A stretch of 64,000 bases of DNA from the NCBI RefSeq assembly GCF_056746865.1, contig NZ_CM163382.1. One strand, 5' to 3'. The notes beneath the pieces are model-generated. The model was given only the letters and a program-made list of their open reading frames with translations. It did not search any database and was not told the DNA's origin. Below are positions 10,538 to 20,300 of this stretch, one piece after another (the first letter of the stretch is position 1; every line of letters starts with the position of its first letter). The position numbers were made by a program, and so were the translations under genes.

Positions 10538-11110
10538 TTATTCTCCCTCTGGATTATTCACGACGGAATTGAGCAGTTCGACAAGCCTTGAAGCGTGTTC
10601 CCGGGCAAGCGTTTTTTGCTGCGCGATTTTGTCGGCATCCCGGTCGGCATAGCTGATACCGCAGGTATAAACCGGCGCCAGCAGCTCAAGATTGCACAGC
10701 CTTGCCGTGGTTTCGAACGGAATAAGATACTCTTCAATGGTATGGCCAAAGAAACTGTCGACGGTATAGAGCTCCTCTGGCGCTCCCGTTGTAAAGGAGA
10801 GGATCAGCTTTTTACCGCCCAGTTTCGCCGTTGAGCCATGCGCGAAGCCGTGAACAAAGACCTCGTCCAGCCATTTTTTCATTAATCCTGGCAGCCCATA
10901 CCAGGAAAAAGGGAACTGCCAGACAATCACATCGGCCCTGAGCAGGCTTTCCTGCTCCGCCGCGATGTTGAATTTGCCATCCGGATAGAGCCTGTCCAGA
11001 CGACGAATCTCAACATCAGGAAGGGCGGTCTCCACTTCATCAAGAATAGTGGCATTGGCGACGGAATGGGTAAGCTCAGGATGACCTGAAATAACAAGGA
11101 TATTTTTCAT
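10538..11110 (-). CDS. flavodoxin-like NAD(P)H:quinone oxidoreductase family protein
   Basis: 190-aa ORF beginning MKNILVISGHP…, resembles Flavodoxin_2 / KefG / MdaB-type quinone reductases; 2-bp gap to upstream AKR gene. Confidence 0.65.
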   Translation of the reverse strand: MKNILVISGHPELTHSVANATILDEVETALPDVEIRRLDRLYPDGKFNIAAEQESLLRADVIVWQFPFSWYGLPGLMKKWLDEVFVHGFAHGSTAKLGGKKLILSFTTGAPEELYTVDSFFGHTIEEYLIPFETTARLCNLELLAPVYTCGISYADRDADKIAQQKTLAREHASRLVELLNSVVNNPEGE

Positions 11111-11260
11111 TTCAATCAGTTAAACATCTTTGGTGAATATTAAATCCAGTATAGAGTGACAACATTATTTTTTTAGAGCAGTAAAGGCTCATTCACTTTT
11201 AGGCAAAAACTAATAATTGTCGGCTGATCACAATGTGCTCAGTCATCATGAAACGGTGAA

Positions 11261-11938
11261 CTAAACCGTGATGCCCAGTAAACGTTCTGCATTGCGAAAC
11301 GCGATGGCCTCTTTTTCAGCCTTGTTGACGGGCAGACTGTCTATAAAGGTTTTTACACCGTCCAGGGTCTGATAGGGATAATCGACGGAGAACAGGATCC
11401 TTTCAGCACCCATTAACGCGTAGATAAACTGGAAGTGCGGCAGTGTTAGCATATGACGGGGTAACGTAAACGTGTTCCTGGAAGGTTCTCGTTAGCGTGC
11501 GTGACAGACCCGTTGCAGCCAGTGGCAGGCTGTCATCAAGACGCTGGAGCCAGAAGGGTAACATCTCACCCCAGTGGCCACTGATTACCTGCAAGTGGGG
11601 ATATTTATCAAATGCACCCGATAACATCAGCCGCAACAAATGGATCCCCGCTTCGTGATGCCAGCCCCAGGCAAACATAGAAAGCCTGGAGTTGACCTCT
11701 GCGCTGAAGCCCGTGAAGTAGGCCTGCTGTACGCTTTTAAGCGGTAACCCGGGATGAAGATAGAGTGGCACATTCAGTTTATTAAAGCGGGAAAGCAGGG
11801 AGTCGGTCAGGATTATGACCATCAGCGACGGTTTTCCCCCAGTCGCCAAGGAAAGGTGCCTGCTCAAGCGCAACAGGCATACACGCTCGCCCTAACTCGC
11901 TGTCGAGATAATTTTCTTCGAGGCAAATGATTTTCATA
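11261..11938 (-). pseudogene. amidohydrolase-family gene disrupted by at least two frameshifts
   Basis: Three consecutive reading frames carry pieces: MKIICLEENYL… (from ATG 11938), then …ISGHWGEMLPFWLQRLDDS…, then …FSVDYPYQTLDG…; metal-dependent amidohydrolase-like motifs but no single intact frame. Confidence 0.5.
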
Positions 11939-12039
11939 TTCTCACCATTCATACAAAGCAGTAAAAGTGATACAGATTAGAATCACCCGGAACAGCCCGT
12001 TCGTGTGTGTCATTCATGACAGTCTGTTCCGGACGGGCT

Positions 12040-12987
12040 TTACACCATCGGTTTTTCCCAGGCGCCTCGTGTATCCACTCTGGTCTCTGCGGCGAGTTGT
12101 TCCAGCAGGATGATTTCCTCATCGCGTAACTGGATGTCTGAAGCGCAGGCGGCGTCCAGAACGTGATGGACTTTAGTCGCACCAACGAGGGGAAGGGTAC
12201 CTTTCGCAATAGCCCATGCGATGGCTATCTGTGCCACGCTGGCATTCCTTTCGGCTCCCATTTTTTTCATGGCGGCGGTTAGTCTTTCTATCTGCGGCAG
12301 TACTGCGTTATAACTTTCGGCCCGGCCACTCCCGGCAGGCATGGGATGATTTGAATCATAACGACCACTGAGCGCGCCTTGCTCCAGGACCATGTAAGCA
12401 AAGAACGTGATGTTATTTTGTCGGCAATAATCAAGGATCCCGGCCTCTTCAGAAGCGCGATAGAGCAGGCTGTAGTGATTTTGTACTGCACTGAGGGAAT
12501 AACCGGAAGCGTTAAGGATTTCATTGGCGCGTCTGATTTGTGCCAGATTGTGGTTGGAAACACCTACGCGTTTTACCTTACCGCTTTGTAAAAGTGGGAT
12601 CAGTCCTGGTGTCCATTTTTCGACGTCGAGGGGATTATGGATCCAGTAGATATCAATCGCGTCCACGCCCAGGCGCCCAAGGCTGGCCTCAAGCATATCG
12701 CTGACAGGCTGCGCAGACTGCTTGTCCGCAATCTGCGGCGTGAATTTGGTGGATAAAATTATGTTCTCGCGGGGAAACTGACGGACTAATGCTCCCAGCG
12801 CAGTCTCGGAACTCCCCATACCATATACTGCTGCGGTATCCCAGAGATTGAGGCCCTTACTCATGGCCGCAGTGAACACTTCTGCCATCTGAGTATCAGA
12901 AAGATGATTACCAAAGACGGTGTCGCCGCCGGCAAAGCCTGTGCCCCAGGACCATGTACCTAGTGCGACTGGAGGTAGTGTTTTCAT
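12040..12987 (-). CDS. aldo-keto reductase family oxidoreductase (second copy)
   Basis: 315-aa ORF with AKR-like N-terminus and overall pattern. Confidence 0.75.
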   Translation of the reverse strand: MKTLPPVALGTWSWGTGFAGGDTVFGNHLSDTQMAEVFTAAMSKGLNLWDTAAVYGMGSSETALGALVRQFPRENIILSTKFTPQIADKQSAQPVSDMLEASLGRLGVDAIDIYWIHNPLDVEKWTPGLIPLLQSGKVKRVGVSNHNLAQIRRANEILNASGYSLSAVQNHYSLLYRASEEAGILDYCRQNNITFFAYMVLEQGALSGRYDSNHPMPAGSGRAESYNAVLPQIERLTAAMKKMGAERNASVAQIAIAWAIAKGTLPLVGATKVHHVLDAACASDIQLRDEEIILLEQLAAETRVDTRGAWEKPMV

Positions 12988-13060
12988 ATTCAGCTCCTGA
13001 AAAAAGGCCGGATCGTGGCTGACTTAAACCGGCCAAGTAAGGTGAGTAACGATGAATTAA

Positions 13061-13762
13061 TTAAGCTGTCCGGCGGAGTGCATTTAACAGCGCCACACCA
13101 ACCCCATGTGCTGAAGCGGGATTCTGCCCCGTGATAAGGCGATCGTCGGTAACCACGTTTTCAGACCAGTTTGGAGCTTCATGATAAAGCGCACCATGCT
13201 CGCGAAGTGCGGTTTCAAGCAGGAAGGGAACCACATCTGTTGTGTGAACTTCTTCCTCTTCCTTGTTGGTAAAGGCCGCCACATTTTTCCCTTTTATCAG
13301 GTATTCGCCGCTACTGAGTTTTGCGTCAACCAATGCCGCAGGCCCGTGGCAGACGGCTGAGACAATCCCATCACTTTCATACACTTCGCGGATAATACGC
13401 TGGGCATCCTGATTATCACGGAAATCCCACATGGTCCCATGACCACCTGCAAAGAAAACTGCGCTGTAATCGGCACCTTTCAGCTCGGATAACGCAGGTG
13501 TTGTTGCCAGGCGCTGCTGAAAATCGGTTTCGTTCCAGTACCAGGCGTTAACAGGGTCGCTGAGGTCAAATCCATCCACCGGTGGCTGCCCCCCGCGAAT
13601 ACTGGCTATTGTTGTTTTTATTCCGGCATCTTCCAGTACTTTCAGCGGATGAGTCAGCTCGGCCAGGAAAAAACCGGTTGGTACACCGGATGCGCCTTTA
13701 ATCGGATGGCTGGAAACGACACATAGCACTGGTTTATATGCAGGTTTCATATCGGTCCTCAC
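13061..13762 (-). CDS. DJ-1/PfpI (class I glutamine-amidotransferase-like) family protein
   Basis: 233-aa ORF with nucleophile-elbow-like motif AVCHGP; GAGG RBS before ATG 13762; start overlaps upstream gene stop by 4 bp (ATGA). Confidence 0.65.
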   Translation of the reverse strand: MRTDMKPAYKPVLCVVSSHPIKGASGVPTGFFLAELTHPLKVLEDAGIKTTIASIRGGQPPVDGFDLSDPVNAWYWNETDFQQRLATTPALSELKGADYSAVFFAGGHGTMWDFRDNQDAQRIIREVYESDGIVSAVCHGPAALVDAKLSSGEYLIKGKNVAAFTNKEEEEVHTTDVVPFLLETALREHGALYHEAPNWSENVVTDDRLITGQNPASAHGVGVALLNALRRTA

Positions 13763-14070
13763 TCTTTATTTTTAAATTCATCGGCGAAGAGATTTTCCCA
13801 GTTAATAAAGGAGCCAAGCGGTATACACTCGAAGCTTAGTAAGCCTGCTTTTGCCAACGGGAATTCGGCCATAACGTTCATCGCTTCATCGACAGAGTCA
13901 CATTCAAGAAAAATAGCGACGCCAGGTCTGTCCTGACGGAAGTAGATGTCGCGGATGAAGCCTGATTTATACAATCCCCAGGCGTGCAGCGCTTCAGCGT
14001 TGAGGTGCGGAGCATATTTCTCCAGCGATGCTCCAGGGGCAGGGATATCCAGACATAAAATTCGCATCAT
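13759..14070 (-). CDS. small muconolactone-isomerase-like protein
   Basis: 103-aa ORF; resemblance to muconolactone isomerase pattern is weak and by eye only; first gene of the co-oriented cluster. Confidence 0.35.
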   Translation of the reverse strand: MMRILCLDIPAPGASLEKYAPHLNAEALHAWGLYKSGFIRDIYFRQDRPGVAIFLECDSVDEAMNVMAEFPLAKAGLLSFECIPLGSFINWENLFADEFKNKE

Positions 14071-14206
14071 AGTCTCCTGAACTCAGGTCGTAGTAGAAAG
14101 AGACTAAAGTATAAGAGGCGTATTTCAGGAAGATTAGAGGGTCATTGACTTAAGCATTTTTAGACTGTACTTAATAATCAGGCGAGAATTGCTTTAGGAA
14201 AACATT

Positions 14207-15106
14207 ATGAATAACGCTCTTTATAACCAGATTCGCATCTTCCAGAGCATTGCGCGGGAGGGCAATATTTCGGCAGCCGCAAGGAAACTGGAAATTACGC
14301 CTCCCTCCGTCAGCAATGCACTAAAGCTGCTGGAAGAGTATATCGGTCATCCGCTTTTTGTGCGTACGACCCGCCGTATAGAGCTGACGGAAACCGGTCA
14401 ATTATTGCTGGAACAGACCGCTGCGGCGGTGGAGTCGCTGGAAAACTCACTTGAAAGCATTCGCGACCAGCATCAGGAGCCCTCAGGGATGGTGCGAATT
14501 ACGCTCTCGCGTTTTGCCTACCTGTTAATTCTTAAGCCTGCGATGGCAGAATTCTGTCAGCAATATCCGGGTATACAGTTAGAAATTTCGGTCTACGACG
14601 GTACCGTGAATATCATCAAAGAGCGTTTTGATCTGGGGATCCGTTTTGGCGATATTCTTGAGGGAGGGGTGGTGGCCCGACCGTTAATGAAACCGTTTCG
14701 TGAAGGATTATATGCATCCTCAGCGTATCTCTCCCGACATGGAACGCCTGAAGTGCCGGCAGATCTCTGTCATCACCAGCTGATTGGTTACCGTTTTATC
14801 ACCAACAACCGCATCCTTCCGCTGCTCCTGAACGATCGCGGTGAGCAGTTGACCGTTGAGATGCCGGGGCAGTTAATCAGCAACGATATTGACGTTATGG
14901 CAGACGGGATCCGTAACGGGCTGGGAATTGGGCGCTTGTTTGAGCCTGTCTGGCAGTTACAGCCGGACAGGGAGCGCTTTATTCCGGTGATGGAGAGCTA
15001 CTGGAAAACCTACCCGCCAGTGTATCTCTATTACCCCAAAAACGCGGGTAAAACGAAAAGAGTGAAGGCCCTGATTGATTTTCTGATATCCACTACGGGG
15101 CGATAA
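14207..15106 (+). CDS. LysR-family transcriptional regulator, divergent from the cluster
   Basis: 299-aa ORF with N-terminal HTH (…ISAAARKLEITPPSVSNALKLLEEYIGHPLFVRTTRRIELTETG…) and LysR substrate-binding-domain length. Confidence 0.85.
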   Translation: MNNALYNQIRIFQSIAREGNISAAARKLEITPPSVSNALKLLEEYIGHPLFVRTTRRIELTETGQLLLEQTAAAVESLENSLESIRDQHQEPSGMVRITLSRFAYLLILKPAMAEFCQQYPGIQLEISVYDGTVNIIKERFDLGIRFGDILEGGVVARPLMKPFREGLYASSAYLSRHGTPEVPADLCHHQLIGYRFITNNRILPLLLNDRGEQLTVEMPGQLISNDIDVMADGIRNGLGIGRLFEPVWQLQPDRERFIPVMESYWKTYPPVYLYYPKNAGKTKRVKALIDFLISTTGR

Positions 15107-15503
15107 AGACGATAACGCCTCGTTCGGTATGGAGATGCATCGAATGGCATTGTGAGTTTTTTTTCACAGATGGGCGTAATCGTCAGTGGATTTTACATAC
15201 AAGGATAGCGCCCACATACTGACATCATTAATTAACGTTGGGTGAGGTTTACCGGGGGGAGGGGAAAGCGAACCAGGAGATGGAGGTGGCCAATCTGGTA
15301 CGAACCGCCGCGTAGCTTGCACGGCAAAAGCTGCTGACTGATTCATCAGTTAAGCTACTGAAAGAGCGGAACACATGAACTTAAGAACAAACCCACCATA
15401 TTTAACATAATATACATTATGCGCACCAACATAAACCAAGGGAGAATCCAGTCGTTGGCGGTCATGATTGTCCTGCTCATTAACAACGGCCAAACCCCAT
15501 ATC

Positions 15504-16826
15504 TTACTTAATACCGTATTCTCGGCTTAAGCGACGGTGCAACCTCAACACATTGGTTTCAACTGCCGTCACCACGTTCTCCGGAAAATCTGTCGGTAAT
15601 GAAGTCTTCACGTTATCCAGTGCTGCCGGAATCATTCTGGCAAAGTCACTCAGGATTTCATGCATCTGCACTTCCGGAAATTTCAGCACCTTTGCTGTCG
15701 CCAGAAAATGTCGCGGATAAATTTTATCGATTGCCGTTTTTTTGCCTTTGGATGCGTTAAGCCCCATTGCCAGTTTGAGATCGCTGATGTGTATTCCTGC
15801 GCCACCCAATACCGGAAATGCTGAAATGATGTCGTAAAATGGCGTGAGTCGATAACTGCCGCCAGCCTGAATAAATACGGAGAAGTTTTTTGCATGGCCA
15901 TCCGTTGCGCCAATCAACCACTGGAACACCTGAAACTTCATAAAATCATAGCGATCTTTCAGCGCCTCGCTGGACCCCATCAAAAAAGCCATGATCCGCG
16001 CGATGCCTGGGCCTCCATCTGATTCATATTTCACCGATGAAGGTAAACCGAATGTCTGACACATATCCTCCTGTGGCAAGCGAAGTAAAACCGTTCGCTC
16101 AGCATTCCAACGCCTGTCAAAACGTTCGACCGCTAACGCGCGCACATTTCCCGCTTTAATGATTTCTGCGTCCGGCACATTCAACCCAAGTTCTTTCGCC
16201 AGCAGCAGACAGTAATACTCATTATCAACGCTTTGGCTGAGATCGAGCGTCGCATTGGGCTGCCTGATTTCGCCAATCGGTAATTTAATGATGTGCGTCG
16301 TCGGCGTTATTCCTTTCGGAATGCACCAGTCATTGCCTATTCTGAGCAGCGCTGTCTTCTCCTGCGCGCCAGCAACCGAGATGCGAAAGTCATTTTCTTC
16401 TCTAATCATGCCCAGAGGGATATCTGCTTTATAAGCCGTTAATACTTCTTCAAGTCTGGCTTCAGTAAGCTTTTCCCATGCCATTATCGGATGCGTTACG
16501 GTTTCGTCTTCGGGTATTAACGTCACGGCACCAACGCTGTCTCGCCCTATTTCTGACAATAAATCAAACGGTTGTCTGGATTTGGCATGATAACGTTTAA
16601 CGATCCGGTCACGTACAATCGGGCTATCGGGTAACAGGTTATCGAAGAAGTTAAATACGGCATCAGAGGTGATATTCCCCCTCTGCAATGGCAGCGAAAG
16701 TGATAACGGTCTGGCATAACGGTTGGCTAACCACTCCGGTGCATACTTAAAGGTGTGCGCGCCATTGGCTAACTTCGTTAACTCGCCTACCCGCTGGTTG
16801 TTCATCCAAGTGACAAGTTTAGGCAT
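15504..16826 (-). CDS. hipA: HipA serine/threonine kinase toxin of the HipBA toxin-antitoxin module
   Basis: 440 aa from internal start MPKLVTWMNNQRVGEL (ORF track extends 19 codons further upstream); start overlaps hipB stop by 1 nt. Confidence 0.9.
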   Translation of the reverse strand: MPKLVTWMNNQRVGELTKLANGAHTFKYAPEWLANRYARPLSLSLPLQRGNITSDAVFNFFDNLLPDSPIVRDRIVKRYHAKSRQPFDLLSEIGRDSVGAVTLIPEDETVTHPIMAWEKLTEARLEEVLTAYKADIPLGMIREENDFRISVAGAQEKTALLRIGNDWCIPKGITPTTHIIKLPIGEIRQPNATLDLSQSVDNEYYCLLLAKELGLNVPDAEIIKAGNVRALAVERFDRRWNAERTVLLRLPQEDMCQTFGLPSSVKYESDGGPGIARIMAFLMGSSEALKDRYDFMKFQVFQWLIGATDGHAKNFSVFIQAGGSYRLTPFYDIISAFPVLGGAGIHISDLKLAMGLNASKGKKTAIDKIYPRHFLATAKVLKFPEVQMHEILSDFARMIPAALDNVKTSLPTDFPENVVTAVETNVLRLHRRLSREYGIK

Positions 16827-17092
16827 TACCACTCCAGATCTTGCTGTTCTGTTGATTCTGGCGAGGCATTTTTCGTGTCGCATAGCGTCATTGAGAGTTC
16901 AAGCGACTGTAAAATCTTAAAAAATGTCGTCAGCGTGGTATTGTCAGGATTGTTTTCGAAATTGGAAATTGTCGCCTGCTTAATACCGATTTTTTTCGCC
17001 AGCTCGCTCTGCGTCCAGCCATTTTGCTGACGAACCAGTTTCATTGCATTCGCTAATTGCGTTGGGCTATAGATCTTCTGAAAGCTCATCAT
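16826..17092 (-). CDS. hipB: HipB antitoxin / Xre-type repressor
   Basis: 88 aa from MMSFQKIYSPTQLANAMKLVRQQNGWTQSELAKKIG…; HTH motif; immediately upstream of hipA. Confidence 0.9.
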   Translation of the reverse strand: MMSFQKIYSPTQLANAMKLVRQQNGWTQSELAKKIGIKQATISNFENNPDNTTLTTFFKILQSLELSMTLCDTKNASPESTEQQDLEW

Positions 17093-17113
17093 GTCATACG
17101 TCCACAGCATATT

Positions 17114-17227
17114 TATCCGCTCAAGGGGATATTATCAGTTTTATCCTTTAGTGAGGATAAAGTCAATCTGGAAACACATCTTATCCGCTCTACGGGATAA
17201 ACGCTGCGATATCCGCGATCGCGGATA
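17114..17227. promoter_or_regulatory. hipBA operator array: four TATCC-N8-GGATA palindromes
   Basis: Exact palindromes at 17114-17131, 17142-17159, 17182-17199 and 17210-17227, directly upstream of hipB; matches the known HipB operator consensus. Confidence 0.85.
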
Positions 17228-17302
17228 AAAAGGAGGATTTAAAAGTCGTTTGAAGTCGGCAATATTAAGCCGCATGCATCTTCGACATGCGGCTTATACG
17301 GT

Positions 17303-20300
17303 TTACCAGCTATATTTCACACCCAGCATGCCCTGAGTATCGCTATAGCCTTTATCACCTAGTTGCACACCGACATTCCCCCACAGGCTAAGGTTGTTAT
17401 TTACTTTCGCCTCAACCCCGGTACGTACTTCACCGAGATTACGCGCACCATCACGGCTTACGGTTTGACCATTCATCTTCACGGCGTAGACTTTGCTGTT
17501 GTTGATCCAGTTCGCTTCAATGTAAGGCTGGAACTCACGCTGTTTACCATTGTCACGCTGGTGATGACTGTTCAGGTAGGTTTTCACCCCAAGTCGCGTT
17601 TGCACGTTTCCGTCACCTTCCGTTTCAATGCGTGTTCCGTCCTTCCGGATATGGTCAGAATCTTTCACACCCATCCAGGTGATTTGCACCTGTGGCTGGA
17701 CGTACCAGGTATTCAGCGTCCCTTCGCTGCCGCTAAATGTTCCCGCTTCAAAGGTATACCCACCCTCAACAGAGGCCGTCACACCGCGAGAATCATAGTC
17801 GTCAGCAGAACGGTTATCGGAACTGACGCTGTTATCAAACCAGTTATACAGCGCCCAGCTGTCAACATAAGCGCCGGTCTTATTCGCATCGTTCTGATAC
17901 CAGGTCGCGTAAATCCCAGCGCTGTACCCGCTGATGCGCCCATCCGATTTATAACCCACACGATTACTCTGAGTATTACTGTGCTGATTGGCATAGCCTG
18001 CCATGACGCCGAGATGCCAGCGATCCTGCGCGTTGCTACTCCACTGCGCCAAATCGCCGCCTAGCTGCAATACATAGCGGTTAGCCTGAGTATTTAGCTG
18101 ACCGTCACCGGCCCTTGAACGTTCGTGCCCTCCGACATGACGCATCCACATACTGCTTGCCGAACCCTGAGAATGCAGTGAATCTGTATACTGCGGCTCA
18201 CCCAGACGGTCGTGTAAACGATGGCTAAACAGCGAGTTGGCTGCGGCAATGTTGCTGATATAGCTTCCGGCCTCCGGGCGATAAACTGATGGGCCTTCCG
18301 GATCCACAACAGGAGGATTATTGATGGGATCGGGTGTATCCGCTGGCGTTACGCCGTCCCATTTACTGGTCAGATACCAGTTTTTCTCGTCATTCCCCTT
18401 CCCTTTAGCCAGCGTGTAGACGTAAGCCCCAGCTTCGACAGTTCCGGTGGTCAGCGCGAAGTTACCTGCAGAATTACCGCCGACCTCAATGAGTTCAATA
18501 CCGTTGACAGTTTGTGCACCGACGCCGCCAATGTTATCAACCCGAACGCGAGTATTCCCTTGGGTATCGCCTTTCACGTTCATCTTATCGGTGGGCGAAT
18601 TATCGCCGCCCAGCGTCGCGTTGAACGTCATCAGGCCATTGTTTCCGGTATAGTTACCGTTAACGGTCAGTACATTCCCCGGTTTTCCTCCTTCGCTGTT
18701 CATTTGAACCGTGCCACCATTCTCCAGGTTACCGCCGACAGTGGTTTTAGCGACACGCAGTGTCCCCCCTGGCATAACGTTCACATCACCTGCAGTGGTG
18801 ACATTTCCCGACATCACACCGCTGTTATGGATATTAATGTGTTGACTTGCCATATTAATGGCAGAGTCGGAACCGAAAGCAATTTCACCACCCACGATAT
18901 CCGTCGTACCCTGATACGCCGCGGAATCTTTGTTAAGAGTCAGGATCCCGGTCCCCAGTTTTGTCACATCACCGCTACCGCTGATACTGTGCGTCATCGC
19001 CCAGCTACGCTCAGTGGAGATGGTGAGCAGGCCATTATTGATAACGGAAGCATCACCCAGGTTTTTCTGCTCGTTGACGCTGAGCGCGCTGCCTGTATCA
19101 ATGTTGAATTGCCCCACAAAGCGGCTATTATCGCCATCCAGCTCTACATCTGTCCTGGCGGTTGCGCTCACGATACCCTTCCCGCTTATGCTATTACGCA
19201 GTTCGCCGGTCACATTTTTTAGCGTTAACAGACCGTCATTGGCAATATTTCCTCTGCCTAACCCCTGCGTATTATCGAGGCTGACTTCGGCATTTGGGCT
19301 AATGCTGGTTAACGCATTGTAGCGTGCATTAAGCCCCTCGATAGCCAGTGTTCCCCCTGTAACATTCAGGTTTCCGCCACCTGTCAGTTCGCCCTGACTG
19401 ATCCCACCTTTATTCACCGTCAGCGACCCCTCTTTAAACAAAACAGTCGAACCCATCAGCCCGGTGAATGTCTCTACCGTCTGGGCCGATCCATTAAGAT
19501 CGACGATGGCCGCGTTGCTGATGTTCAGTTCCCGAGTATTGCCCAGCGCGCCATCCGCATCGGTACGTAATGTCCCCATCTGAACGTAGGTTGCCCCCTG
19601 ATAGTCGTTCTGACCGTTAGAAAGCGAAACCTGTCGCACCGTATTGATTGCCAGATCCCCTTCACCACCGATTTTTGCCGACATATCGGCCGTTGCGCCA
19701 TAGGCTCCGCCATGTTCGGCTAACGTCAGCTTTTGCCCACCATGGATGTTCAGCGCTTTCAGCTCATAGTTAACGTACAAACCATCACCTGGTGCGGTCG
19801 TGAGGCGGAATCCATAATCACCCTCGGCGACCACTATTCCGTTTTGTGCAATGTGTAACGTTTTGTCCGCTTCCACCTCGTCGCCCTGTAAATCACGTAA
19901 CGTTAATGAGCCACCCGACCCAATAACCGTTTGCGCCTTCACCAGTTGAACGCCGACATGGCTATCATCGTGTTCCAGCAAATTGAGCGTCGTCAGAGGG
20001 TTATTCGCCATGGGATCATTCCACGGTTTAGGCACGTCGATAAGCACGTCGCCCGTCCCGTTTACCTGATAGTTACGGCCTTTCCAGGTGTAGTCACCCG
20101 CGCCGACAACCAGTGTATCGACGCTGATATATCCCTCCGCAAGCGTCGCAGCAGGTATATCCGTATCGAAAGTGAGCGTACCGCCATTCATGGCTAGTCC
20201 ACCAATGGATTGCTCTCCCACTTTTACCGATGTGGTATTTTCACTGTCAGACTGCAGCATCGCGTGAGTAAGCGCAGCGGTGTTGTCGCGTTCCAGTGCG

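Noticed and set aside
15164-15346. 60-codon Pro-rich ORF in the hipA-downstream intergenic region
   Set aside because: No RBS, low-complexity translation; more likely non-coding spacer at the accessory-region boundary
16827-16883. Upstream 19-codon extension of the hipA ORF in the six-frame track
   Set aside because: It overlaps the hipB coding end; the conserved HipA N-terminus begins at the internal Met (MPKLVTW…)
17363-19322. Plus-strand ORFs of 233, 236 and 130 codons inside the autotransporter region
   Set aside because: They lie antisense to the 1806-aa ORF in a GC-rich repetitive region and have no independent start or RBS context; best explained as shadow ORFs
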